DNA of 64,000 bases from Tubiluchus corallicola (taxonomy: Eukaryota > Animalia > Priapulida): the NCBI GenBank assembly GCA_030141605.1, contig JAQGDQ010000030.1, positions 603,171-667,170 of the forward strand. Reading direction: 5' to 3'. The notes beneath the pieces are model-generated. The model was not told the DNA's origin and did no database searches. It worked only from the letters and a program-made list of their open reading frames with translations. Below, one piece after another: positions 49,251-61,470 of this stretch. A program made the translations under genes and the position numbers. Position 1 is the first letter of the stretch; each line of letters begins with the position of its first letter.

Positions 49251-52200
49251 AATAACAAGATGAATAAATCATAGATTGTGCTCCTAGTCAAGTGGTACAA
49301 GGAACATTTTAGTGTATACTATAGTCTGCATTAAAGGTAAAACACCAATTGTTGACAGTTTATTAGTTATTATGTTTAATATGTCTATTAAGTAATGAGT
49401 TGGAAAAATAAAGGAGTCACTGGAAAACTGTGAACCACAGTATTTGCTATTTCAGTTTTGAATTTCATGACCGTATATATTGGGCATTATTAATTATTTA
49501 TGAGGTGCCATGTGTTCTCTGTCTTTTTAATTGCAGGTATTAGCAAGAGGAAGAGACTTTCTGTGATTCGAAAGAGATACTGAGTTTGTTGACATACTTG
49601 TAGAAAAAATATTGATGTGGCATTTTGTGTAAGATTCAATAATAGGCATTTTAACAAATTCCTTATTGATTTATTCATGTATTGTCACTTCTGTTCATTT
49701 TTGTAACTTCTATGAGTGAATTTATCTAACTCCTTTAATAAGTTGAAATGCATTGTTCTGTCAGAAATTTATTTTTTCGAAGCTTTGAACAGAAAAATTA
49801 TTGCATAACATATATCCAACAATATAATATGCCCAACAATGTAATGGGGAAGTACAAAAGCTTTATAAATCAAATGTTTTGTTCTGTCATTAAGTTGTCC
49901 ACTCATTTGCCATTTACCTGAGATAACTGGTAATGACACACATTTTTTGTACACATTATCTAACTGATCTCTCCATTTCAGGATGTTAGCAACTACAACT
50001 CCAAGAAATTTTGCACTTTTGCTTTCATAGATCACGTTCCAGTTGAAATTCATTGTGTTTTAGGATATTATTTAGACTGTTTCCATGGCCAGGACCTAGC
50101 AACATAAATTCAGTTTTGCTTTCATTTGTGGAAGTCTTGGTAATCAGATTGTAAATTGCTGACTGCGTCATTTACATTTATACTTGATGAATGCAAACTT
50201 GCATTATCAGCGTATTGTATCATATCATTTTTTACAAGGTGTTTTTAGTGTTGTTCATGTAGAGCCAGAATAGTATAGGATCAAGTATTGTGCCTTAGGG
50301 ACTCCTTTTTCTAAAGTTATCCATTCTGAAAATTGCCTGGACCTGCTGTGTACAATCTGTCAGATAGTGTTTAACAATCTGAGAAACTCGATAATGACAG
50401 TGTTTTAAAGGACCGTGTGGATGGACTATAATACTGACCAGAGTACAAGAGATTAGTGCCACATACCTTTCCAGTAATTTTAACACCTTTAAATATGCAA
50501 AAGTAGCACATGACCCAGACTGCCAGCAAACACAGAGCTAACTGCCACCTAATCTCTCCTGGTTCGTCAACACCTCCAGATATGTTGTGCACTTTGTAGC
50601 TGAAATAAGGGAGTCTGTGTTGAAAAGCAACAAAGATTTAATTAAATTATCACCAACATGTTACTACATTTTAAAGCAAAAATCTTTGATAGTGTTCAAG
50701 TGATAATCTCTGACAATGACGGTAACTTATTTATTATATAAGTGACACAGTCCTGGATACAAATAATGCCAAAAATATCAAAAAGTAATAGTTTATTTTA
50801 GTGTCTTACCTGCTGCAATTAGCAAAACAGCCTTGTGAAACATTACTGGAACTAGTGCTACAGGAAAAGGGTATATTCTTTCAAAGCAACGTTTCAGTCA
50901 TCTGTATGCCATTGGCAAGAATGTGGTAAATAGTAACAGACTGAAGCACATGATAATCAAAATTTTATTACATCTACTTACTACCAGAATTCTTCTACTG
51001 GATCAACTGGCTTTAGAGGAGATGCAACAGTGGATGAAGAGTTGACTGTACCATTGAAAGAACTGAAGCACCTGCAAATAAAAAATAAATCAAGTTTGAC
51101 TTAAACTTAATTTTAACCATCTGATTAAATAGAATTAAATATATCTGTTCAGCTGACAGTTTATGCTGTAGAAAGTTAATATTTACTTAAAATTCAAAAA
51201 AATTAAACTGTTTTAAGGTCACAGTTGGTATAAAAATTTGGAAAATCAATCTTGCAGCTGTTTCTGGGGCATAATTCACTGAAAAATTAAACTGACAGTG
51301 ATTTTTTATAACTTTTGATAACAAACAAATGGTTCTTTACATAAAATATTTTTACGTAGAATGTTAGTGCTTTTCTTGAAATCTCGTGAGTAAATGACAT
51401 AAAATAATTCAAATCACATAAATTTAATCTAGAATCAACATATAACACTGTAAATTAACAAAATAAATACATAAAACTAAATCTGTTAGCACTGAGTAAT
51501 AGCCAGGTAGAGAAATTTGAAAATATGATATACAAATACAAAATTAGAATACTAGAGTATAAAAGTAAGAAGTCAAAAAAGATGCTTCTGAGTGAACATT
51601 TTGGAAATGTATCTGAGAACTAAAAATGGCACAAACAAGAAGATAAAAAGGAAAGCTCATTTAAACGAGCTTAGTACTAATTCTTAATTATTCTTTATAT
51701 TACCTGTTTGAGTTCCATTCATTGCTGCAGGTAGCCCAAGGCAGCTGAGATGTGAAGGAAATGCAGAAGTAGTAAAATGCCCAGGCTAAAACTACAATAT
51801 AGTAAGTGTTGCACAGAAAACACACCACTGTCGTCCCAATACCAATACCTGTAATGATATTCAAACTTAGTAATGGTAACGGCAATGTATAATCCACAAG
51901 AAAATTTTTTGAGCATTTACACGTCAATAGGTGTTTTTTCCAGCCTAAATATTCATTCTAAATAATTCCCAAATACTTTATTGAAATCCTTAATGTATTC
52001 TACACATAGATAATATACCAATTTTTATATCACAGTTATGGCATAGAATTTTCTTGTGTTGTGACCAAAATATGATATATTTGGTTTTTGATACATTTGA
52101 TTGTTAATCAGCCACTGGGTATATCCGTTTTGTGCAGCCTCTTTATATAGCTTTAGTGTATTATTATTCAACCTCAATAAATTCTAGCCAGTAAAAATAT

Positions 52201-52534
52201 TACAATGCATTTTAGATAAAGCAATTATGCTAAATCTTTCAAAATTACATCGATCTCTGAAAGTTATAGGATGAAGAAATAAAGCAATTAATGAAGCACA
52301 GAGTGGGTCAAAGGAGTGAAATCTTGGGAAGTGTAAAGCACACCCCTAGAAGTACTGGAATAGGCCTAATAATATAATAAGAAAATTACCTTTAAATATT
52401 GGGCATATGTTCCATACACTAATTCCACCTTGTTGCATGTATTGTCCTAAAGATATTTCGAGGAAAAATACAGGAATACTTCCAGTCACCATGCAGATGA
52501 AATATGGAACAAGAAAGGCACCTGAAACAGACAG

Positions 52535-52567
<33 letters not shown>

Positions 52568-55500
52568 TATTATAGTTATAATGGCTAAAAATTCAGTGGA
52601 CTATTTAACTTACATCTTCGAAATATTCTTCTAAACATAATTATGTCGGTAACCACAATGACTAAAGAAGTGTGCATAAAGTAGGGTAAATACGAAGTGT
52701 ATGAAAGCAGGCCTATATGTATCACTCACACGTCGAAATCCAGTACAGTTTTCTGATGTGTTAGTTCAAAATGGCACGAGCACCGCAGCTGCAAGTGACT
52801 TGCACCTCACTAGTTCGTTACTCTGCATACAAAAATTTGCATACTTTATGGTATGCTTATTGCCAATAAGCAACATTTAAATGCTCTGTCTACTTAATTT
52901 AAAACAATATTTATTTATTGTTTTCCAATGTATGCTTTCACCATAATAAATAATGCTTGGAGATATCTTGTAACGGTTTTGCAGGTTACACAAAAGCAGG
53001 TATACTGCTGTTCTCTTTAAAATTTATACTTGTTCATATGCCAAATGTAAGCTATGTTTGGTGACGTTTCCGTATGGACTAAGTGGTGGTTTTGTCGGAC
53101 ACATCACTGTACATGACACTTGGGCATGGGACATTTGAGTAGTGGATATTTGGGTATGATGTCAAGATATTTTAACACCAGTGAAATTTAATGTTGTACC
53201 TAATTTTTCATTTCTGTTTTAATGTTTTATAAAATTTTAATGTAACAGAAATGTGTGTCACAAAAATGTTTTCACACCAAAATTTAGTGCCCATACAGCA
53301 GTTAAAGTGCAGCAATTCAACTAGTATTATACTTAACTGAGTAGTGGTAATACAATTCAACTAGTCTAGAAAAAGATATCGCAAACAGCCCAGAATGCCA
53401 AAGCACTGGGTTACCTGCGTGTTTAGTTTTTTATCCACCTGTCAGGATATAGTGTATAGGACAATTTACCATTGTCTTGGAATCTGTTTTTACATTATGA
53501 TTTACGTTATTTCAATAGAGAATCTCTCTCTCCCCGCTCTGCATCCATTTCTCCCTCTCTCCTTTCTCTCTCTTAACTTTTTTCTCCCCCTCTCTCTCGT
53601 TCTAGTCATTGCTCATTTAGCATTGCCTGTGAAATTCATTATTAAATCAACATGTGATTAGAAATGCACTAGTGTGCCACTGTGACCTCTCTGCTCAAAG
53701 AACCTAAAAATTTCCTATTTAAACAATATGTAACCATTGAAAAATCTGTCATACCACTATTGCATAATCAGATTCATTAACATTATTAACATTCTACATA
53801 GTCTTTGCATGCTGCTGCCAAAATGATGGTACTGTTAAACTAACTATTAACAGATTATAGATACCCATTTACAGTTGTCATGGATCCACGTTTTGATTAA
53901 AATTAAGTATGCATTGTATTACATGAATGAGAACCATAAGGACAACACGGCGAACTAAACGGCTGTATAGAGTTATTTACAAGCCAGTAGCTTAATATTA
54001 GGTCCACAAGGAGCATATCAGCATATATGAAATCCCATGTGCTTTTTTGAAGAAAGCATGTCACCTGTTTAGGTGTCCTAGGAACATCCTCAGCTTCAAG
54101 AAAAACCAAGACAGCCATCTGAAATATTGTTAGGTTCAAAATAGGGGCCAAATTTCAAAATGGTCGCCAAGAGATTATTATATTTCTTAATGTATGAATA
54201 AAACCTGACGGAATAGTCCAGTTGTCATGATTTTTTCATTAAGATGCATGTTATTTTCACTATGGCAAACTGAAATTTTTCATTATTTTTGAAAATTATC
54301 GAAAATCTGGATAAAAACCAAAGATAAAGGCAGAAATGGACAGAAGTATAAATTTCCTTTGTTCTTTCTACTAGAATGGAGCCCATGCTGAAAATAAGGC
54401 CTGAAAATGAGTTTGCTTGCTCGATCTGGTAACCAATTTTTAATTGTTTCAGATGATAGAGATATCACAAAGTGGACCTTAATGCTTACTGCATAAGTGG
54501 CAGTACTAACTTTGAGGCAGGCGTATGTCGTCGGTAATATTTTGGGTCCACCTTAAAAACCCTTGTTAGTGCAAATTTTTATATGATACAATGTTGTGGC
54601 CACGCCGGCATTAAAAGTTTACCTTTTTGTGATATTAATTATACCATAGGCCATTAATTGTATTCAACTGCATAGCAATTGAGTGGCCCGTCATGGCACA
54701 TTTCTCTAAAAACTGCCCCACCTCAGAGTAACTCAGAAGTGTGCTTATCCTCATTTACGCTATTTTCTAACTATTTGTACAATTTATAATTATATCACGG
54801 CCTCTCATGATCCCACAGCAGAATTATTTTACAGTTCAGAACGTTTGGGTGGCACCACAGGAAAAGCTTCCAAAAATTGGTTCTTTCAGCCCGTTTTCTG
54901 CAGAACTAATAAAACTGAGATATGGACGGGATCGTGAGATGTTGTCTTTCAAGGTTTTTTCAATCTCCCTATAACTACATGCTACTGCACGGAACAGCCA
55001 CTGTCTTTCAGAAATGTGCGGCTGTTCTGGGGCATTGTCATCACCCACCATGGGATACACGTAGTATTACAACCGTAAAAAAATCTGTTAATCTACTCAT
55101 TATTAAAGGGATATAGAGCAAAAACTATATGTATATTTGTGGATTATTGATTGTGTCCAAAGTGTTTTGGTGGGGTTTGGCTAGTGGGGTAACCTTGATA
55201 TGGGATCAAGTACTCAAAAGTCTAAAAATATGCAGTTCTTGTAACACCTTTTTTGGCTAAAGTAACTGTCCAGCACATGTTCATTTTAACAACTGCATCA
55301 TTGCTGGCCTTTTTATGCGCATATGCAGTCAAGCCTAGGTTTACCATATATGGCTAACAGTGTAAAATCTTAGTCACATAAACTGGTTGCCATTGTTACT
55401 GTTTACCGTAGCAATGGCACTAGTTATGCTGGTAACAAGTACAGATTGGAAAATGATTTTATTACATGTACTACTATAGTGTTCTGACAGGCTACAGCTT

Positions 55501-58188
55501 AATTAAAGGTTAGCCTATCGACATAATTATTTTATTCAGCCTCGCAGCAGCTAATATATCAATTGTAGGTCATAGAGCGGCAAGTGTATACAGCCATTAA
55601 TCCGCAATTTGCTAATTAATTAATTTGTGCGTAATTCAGTCCAGTGCAAGAAGAATGATTTATGACTCACAAAATTAGCAGTGGAAAAATACCAAGGCTG
55701 CAGAAAGGTGAGTGTTTTCAAGTGTATGTACTCTGACGCAAACAGGGAATTAAAGGTGTTTATGACTGTGTAAAAAATGTTTCTAATTTTTCAAAGCTCT
55801 CGTGCACACTTTTCCCTTCTGTTTACAGTTCATACAGTTTAAGACAAGAATGTTAATACCAGTTTCATTCAGTAACAGATACATTATATTTCAACTGAAA
55901 AGAATTATGCTTGCATGAAATAAGTTTTAAATTTTGACATATGTTTAAGCCTTTAGGGTGCATCAAACTGTGACAAACAACTCTGGTCTTCAAAAGTAAA
56001 AAATGACTTCAAACATTCTGTTTCCACCAGAAAAATCAAAAGGTTCACTACATGGCAAATGATTGTCAGCTTGTCATTAACGCCATATTATGCCAATTCT
56101 ATTGCATTTGTAGGGAATGGATATGTCATCATTGAATTTGACACATGCAATGAGAGGCTTCATTTGCTGTACTAATTCTGGCTCTTTATCTCATTGGTAG
56201 AGCATACATTCACATTTGCACTCGGTCCCTCATGCTGTTCAATGACTCATCTTAGAGGCTTGGCCTTGATAATGAGCTACTCTCGCCACTCCCATTCATT
56301 TTAAGTATGGCCTGCCATACTGATGGCCAGACTGCGTGCATAAATCCTCCGTTAAAGTGGAATATACTGATCCTCTGCTTATTCCCACATTTAGAACAAT
56401 TTCCTGGAATGGTACATAATGATCTTCCATGACTATTTGCCAAACCGATTCAATTGTCTCCTCGTTTCAGCTTGTGGGTGGCCTGTCTAAGCCTGCCTCA
56501 CTCTTCACTGAAGTTTGGCCATGTTTAAAAGGGTGATACCATTCCTTTATTTGAATTTGGCCCAAGGCATTATCTTCAAAGGTCTGCTGAATCTTCTCAA
56601 TTGTTTCACCTTGACTATCATCAAGCTTTTGGCAGAACTTGATACAATATCTCTGTTCGATGTGCTGCCATTCTGTGTAAAAATGAAAATCCGATGAGCA
56701 CGCACTACACGCCTGAACTCAAGGCGTAAAAGACAGAAAACGATGCGACCAACAGGATCGAACATGCGCAGAAAGGAGGATGTCACCACCCACCAAAAAC
56801 ACTTTGCTCGCACGGGATTACCTTTGGCGGACAAAAAAAGAGACGGATATTTCTTGAACGCTCCTAAAAGTGCCATAAAAATACAAGAAATATCAACCAG
56901 GGCTGGAACAGAGTCCAATTACCACTTGATGAGGCACTTTTTGACACTTTTTTGCCAGGAATTGTATGAAATTAAAATACACAGAAAACTTATTATGATA
57001 ACGGTTGCACAATAAGACTGGAACATAGCTAATTGTCAATAAAAATCCTTCAAGATGGGACACTGAAATAGCCAAAATATAAATATATTCTCCTACTGTG
57101 AGAGAATTAACTGGCAAGGTTCCTAACAGTCAATCACCTATCCATTTACTAAACAGGCTTATGTGTTGTGGCTGCTGTCGTCAGCAACCGTCATAGTGGT
57201 CGTCGTTGTACAATATAGAAATGTACAATTTTATTCTTTTTTACAGTCTCAAGACTTTTAGATAGGGATATGTATTTCCGTAAAGCATGTTATTGTCAGA
57301 TGGTTCAGTAACTAACTAGTAAATAAGTTCCAATTAAATATGATCAGTATTTTGCCATATTACCAGCTGAGAAGTAACAATAATATTAACAGGCAAGCTC
57401 ACAAAAATAGGTGCACATGGATAATCCACCAGCTGTGAAATCGAAAAACCAAATAAAGGTCTTACAATTTCTTGTGTTGCCACATCATATAAATGCCCAT
57501 TAGCAATCATCCAACAGAATGTCGAGTCAAGTGGTGTTTAAAAACTGATAACATTACTACTCAAACAAATTCCCCCTTATTCCTTAATTATTCTGGCCCA
57601 AGGATACGTGACAGTTTTTTGCTTTGCGCTCTTTCCGGTGACCTGAATCTCTGGAGACTCGAGGTCGGGGGATCATGAACCGTCTGTTTTTTAAGCATTA
57701 TTAGTGGTAAGTGGCATAACCGCTGGAGTTCTAGCCGCTGAAACTGCGCAAAATGCCACCCATCCAATCTTACAGACATATACCAGCATAATTATGAATA
57801 ACAAAAGGTTCCATTAATGAAAACTATGAAAATAAAAACAAAAGAAAATAAAAAATCATACAACTACGTACAACACTAAGTTGAAAAGCATTTTTACTCT
57901 TGTTCTTGTCTACTGAGTACTACTGATACGTGTGCTTAGTTAAGTAAGCCTAAGCCTATTTATTTAACTATATGCAATCAATAAAGAATAATAGCAAACG
58001 TTGCACCTACCGCCTCCATTTTTGTAGCATAAATAAGGAAATCTCCATACATTTCCCAAGCCTACAGCAAAGCCAATGCACGATATGAGAAAATCCAGCT
58101 TCCCAGTCCACAAAGCCCTTTCCTTCACTTCTTCCGAGACAGAAACTTTCCCGTTTTCAGGGACGTGTCTGCAGTTATCACTTTTCAT
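41819..58188 (-). CDS. SLC6 Na+/Cl- dependent transporter, GABA/taurine/creatine clade (copy 1, complete, ~596 aa, 14 exons)
   Basis: Minus-strand exons 58011-58188, 52390-52521, 51704-51848, 50982-51071, 50467-50599, 49031-49165, 48504-48607, 47196-47320, 46982-47094, 45897-46034, 45382-45484, 44370-44470, 42450-42620, 41819-41941 (TAG) total 1791 nt in frame. Motifs: [85 protein letters not shown]. The start ATG at 58188 is inferred; the longer ORF in the track starts at GTG. Confidence 0.95.
42340..42426. repeat. (GA)n microsatellite near the donor of SLC6 copy 1 exon 13
   Basis: Long pure GA run; the paralogous site at 61439-61494 is a compound (GA)n(GAG)n repeat. Confidence 0.95.
43086..44298. 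mobile_element. Foldback/Mutator-like element with inverted arrays of ~17-bp units
   Basis: A left array of tttggacac-like units (43090-43250) faces a right array of gtgtccaaa-like units (44115-44290) in inverted orientation. Possible 9-bp TSD accaaaaca / actgaaaca. It is absent from the 297-bp paralogous intron (61681-61977). Confidence 0.7.
44542..44999. mobile_element. TA-flanked MITE (458 bp) in SLC6 copy 1 intron
   Basis: TIRs tactctcatatctcagtttgtcggac / gtctagcaaaccgagatataagta with TA duplicated; the empty site catagttt is seen in copy 2 (~62148). Confidence 0.75.
49530..50420 (-). mobile_element. Degenerate LINE (L2/Crack-like) RT fragment in SLC6 intron
   Basis: Minus-strand broken translation [24 protein letters not shown] (YADD) and ORF 49769-50053 [25 protein letters not shown] are typical of the RT and post-RT region. 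Confidence 0.8.
55147..55184 (+). mobile_element. 3' terminus of a related Helitron (5' extent not resolved)
   Basis: ttgattgtgt-ccaaa-gtgt-tttgg-tggggtttggCTAG|T has the same terminal tggggtttggctag as copies A and B and a hairpin in a similar position. Confidence 0.6.
56335..56940 (-). mobile_element. Mariner transposase relic (N-terminal HTH region, stop-disrupted, 3'-truncated)
   Basis: Minus-strand translation [100 protein letters not shown] matches a mariner N-terminus (EQR..IKFC..W..RFK.G..S......GRP). Confidence 0.85.
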
Positions 58189-58326
58189 CGCATTATTTGA
58201 ACAATAACCAAATAATGTCAACTGCTTAGTGCTTTCACTTCGAGCGTCCTTTGCTTTTGTTTCTGGCACAGTCTTAAAATCGGCTGTGATTTTCCCGCAA
58301 AACTGCTGTCGCGGACGACTCTGCTC

Positions 58327-59556
58327 CAGGGTTGCCTGGTTGTAGTAGTCAGATATTAGTCCGAGAGCCCAGCTAGATCTGGCTAAAACGTTTGCCTCGC
58401 CTATAGGGTTTATGTAACAAAGATCAATAGGCCAAATGTTATAGTTACTTAAGCTCGTTTTAAAAGGAAGTTTTCTTAGCTATAATGGTAAAATTATAGT
58501 TCGTATTATGTCTTGTGGAAAGGGTTTTTCTGCGAATTTTTTCAGTATTTTTTGTTGATTATAAAACCACAGCGTTTTACTTTTTTATTCAAAAGTCTGA
58601 ATCTTTAAAGCAAATTTCACATGCTTCAACATATCACATCTATACGTACATCTTGTTTGGACTACAGTAAATTACTATAGGTGTTAAAATCACTGAAACT
58701 AGGCTACCTGACAAAAATTGAATTTTTTAAAACTGTATAAGAACCAGAGAATAAAACTCATCAGTGATTATTTTCTACCAAACAGTTTTTAACAAATTAC
58801 GACTTGTAAAAAGTGGTTAATTATTTTGATAATTTTGATTGACTATACTATTAAGTTCTATGCGACATTATACAGCTAAAGCAAACTATATGACACCAGT
58901 ATCAGTATTAGGTTTGCTGCATGAACTTGTGCTCGATCCTATATTGGATATGGTGTGATTTTTTTCATGCGTCAGTTATTTAAGAAAAGTTCCACCAACA
59001 GAACAGTTGTTAGGGAATCTAGCTACGTCTTAGAATTCGCACAGTATCAAAGAGGTGATGTAGAACTTCGCATGTTACTAAGTTTAATTAATGCACCTGT
59101 TTTTAGAAACATAACGTCAGGGCTGCTTTTCTGCCATTTTCGACAATTGCTACCGAACTACAAGTTTTTAAGCTGTAATGTAGTAGCTGAATATACAGCT
59201 ATAACAGTAGAGCATAGAAGTAATTAACTAAGTGAAAACTTCTAACAAGCAAAGCACAACTTGTTAGAACTGCAATTTGAGCATTAAACGTGCAATTTTA
59301 CAATGCAATATGCTTTTGTTTCCATATCTCAAGCTACTAAGAGACTGTGATAATATTATTTCAAAAATAACAGCATCATTAATGTTGATCTACCATTTTA
59401 AAATATAGTTAAATTATGCGTATTTGAAATATGAAGAACTTGAAAAAATGTTTATATAAACTGAAAACAAAAAAGGCCAAACTCCAAACAGTATTTTAGT
59501 CAAACGTAATGAAAAAAGGTTAAAATGGATTTAAAAAGCTAAATCTGGCAACCCTG
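58327..59556. mobile_element. hAT-superfamily non-autonomous element (1230 bp) immediately upstream of the SLC6 copy 1 start codon
   Basis: Perfect 10-bp TIRs cagggttgcc (58327-58336) / ggcaaccctg (59547-59556), with 8-bp TSD ctctgctc (58319-58326) / ctctgcgc (59557-59564). Confidence 0.85.
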
Positions 59557-59949
59557 CTCTGCGCGCGTCGTAGTAGCTGGGTATAGCCGGACCTGCGGAT
59601 GTAGCTAAGTAACAATAAACAACAGCACGCAGTCTCGTGAACAGCACCAATACGGTTATGTTAAAGTACGTCTTCTTGTCGTGAAAATATACTTTATACT
59701 TTCATATTCTTTTTAAGGTACCGTTTCATAGGTACACGTTGGTTAATGCGAATTTAATTTATGAAAGTTGTTTAGTCAGTATGTTTGAAATGGTCAAATT
59801 TCTTACATTACTCATTAGCTGTCAATGAATTTATTTTACATTAATAATAATAATTTTTGTTAATGATGTTGATAGCAATTTTTTAATCTCTTAGATAGTT
59901 CGCTATACAATTTCAAGTTCTGAGATATAAAAGGCAAATGCTAACCTGT

Positions 59950-61438
59950 GTTAAATACCACAAATCATTCAATCTACACATTTATTATTTGTGATTGGGA
60001 ATGATATTACAATACGGCTTAACATTGCATATAAAAAGCTTTAAATAATTATTTTAACTAAATCAGAAATACATTTATTTAAACAAAGTTAATTAAATGA
60101 AAATAAAAAGTCACCGGTTATGGAACAAGACTAAACAGACTGGGAGCAATAATTCACAGTTTCAAGGACTTTATTAAAACACATGTATATTAAACAGCAA
60201 CATATTTACAGTCAGAATATACTTTTCTACAAATATGGAGAAAACACAGAATTTTAAAGAAGTAAAATATTTAAGTATGTTTATGTCTAGTGCTCCAGGG
60301 TATGTTTCCATGAGATCTTTCCATTTACGCTGTCCTTGAAACGAGAAAAACCGAAATGTGGTAGAAAAGAGAGATACAAATTGATTTTGAGAGGACGCAT
60401 TTAGAACAAATGGAAAAAACTGACTGGGCTTTGGTTGTCAGACAATGCATAAAATGGAAATGAACAAATTATGATGCTGCATAAGTACATGTATTATCAA
60501 AAAGAAACATAATATCACAGAAAGCTGCCACAATTTTTTGGTACACAAGCAAGTTGTTGATGTAGATCAAACTGCAGGGCACATATATACTGAAATAAAC
60601 TTATTTCACATATAACCACTGATTTTCATTGTTGAGATCTAAGTTCATTTTATCTTAAATTAATATAAAAGCAGGACTGTTAGTAATGACTATTTTAACT
60701 AGCTTCTAGAACAGATGTAAGTCCATTAGTTCTAATCCTGATAAATGAGAGCACTAATTTTGCTTTTCTTTCAATATAGAAAACACTCAAGATTTAAAAA
60801 AAACAGTCGTGCAAATTATATTGTAAATCAACAACCCTCCTATGAGAAGTTGTATCTTGTAGTCGACTATTACAACCATTTACAGTCTGGCAGTGATGAA
60901 GTGCACAATATTACATATGAATATTGAATAACAAATTGACTCCGAATTACTGGCTATCCTTTGACAAGATTTACTGATTCATATTTCTCACAGTCCTGCA
61001 AAACCATATTATTTGAGACAGCCATGTTGTTTGATTGAACATGAAGCGGTTCACGTGTGATAAGGTGTTTCCATTTCTGCAACAACAGAACGCCAAAAAA
61101 ACTTGAAAAAGCAGTCATTTATTCAGACATGTTCATACTTGAATTACTGAGTGGCAGCAAAAAGACTTAACAAGTGAATTCATTTAATCAAATTTCTGTT
61201 CATTCAAAAGTCATTTAAATCGAATGTATTATAAAGTTACAATCTTGCTTCCTTTTTGCAGCTTGCGTTTGCCTTTTGTATATACATAGTTTTTATTTGT
61301 TTGATACCAGTACAACCTACTGTACAGCGATTATATTTAGAATAAATAAATAAACATTTATAACAATTTGATAAATAAAATTTAAGATGAAGTAAGATGA
61401 AGTCAGTATTTTCTAGGTTAGTTAGAGAAAAGCGGTTG

Positions 61439-61470
<32 letters not shown>

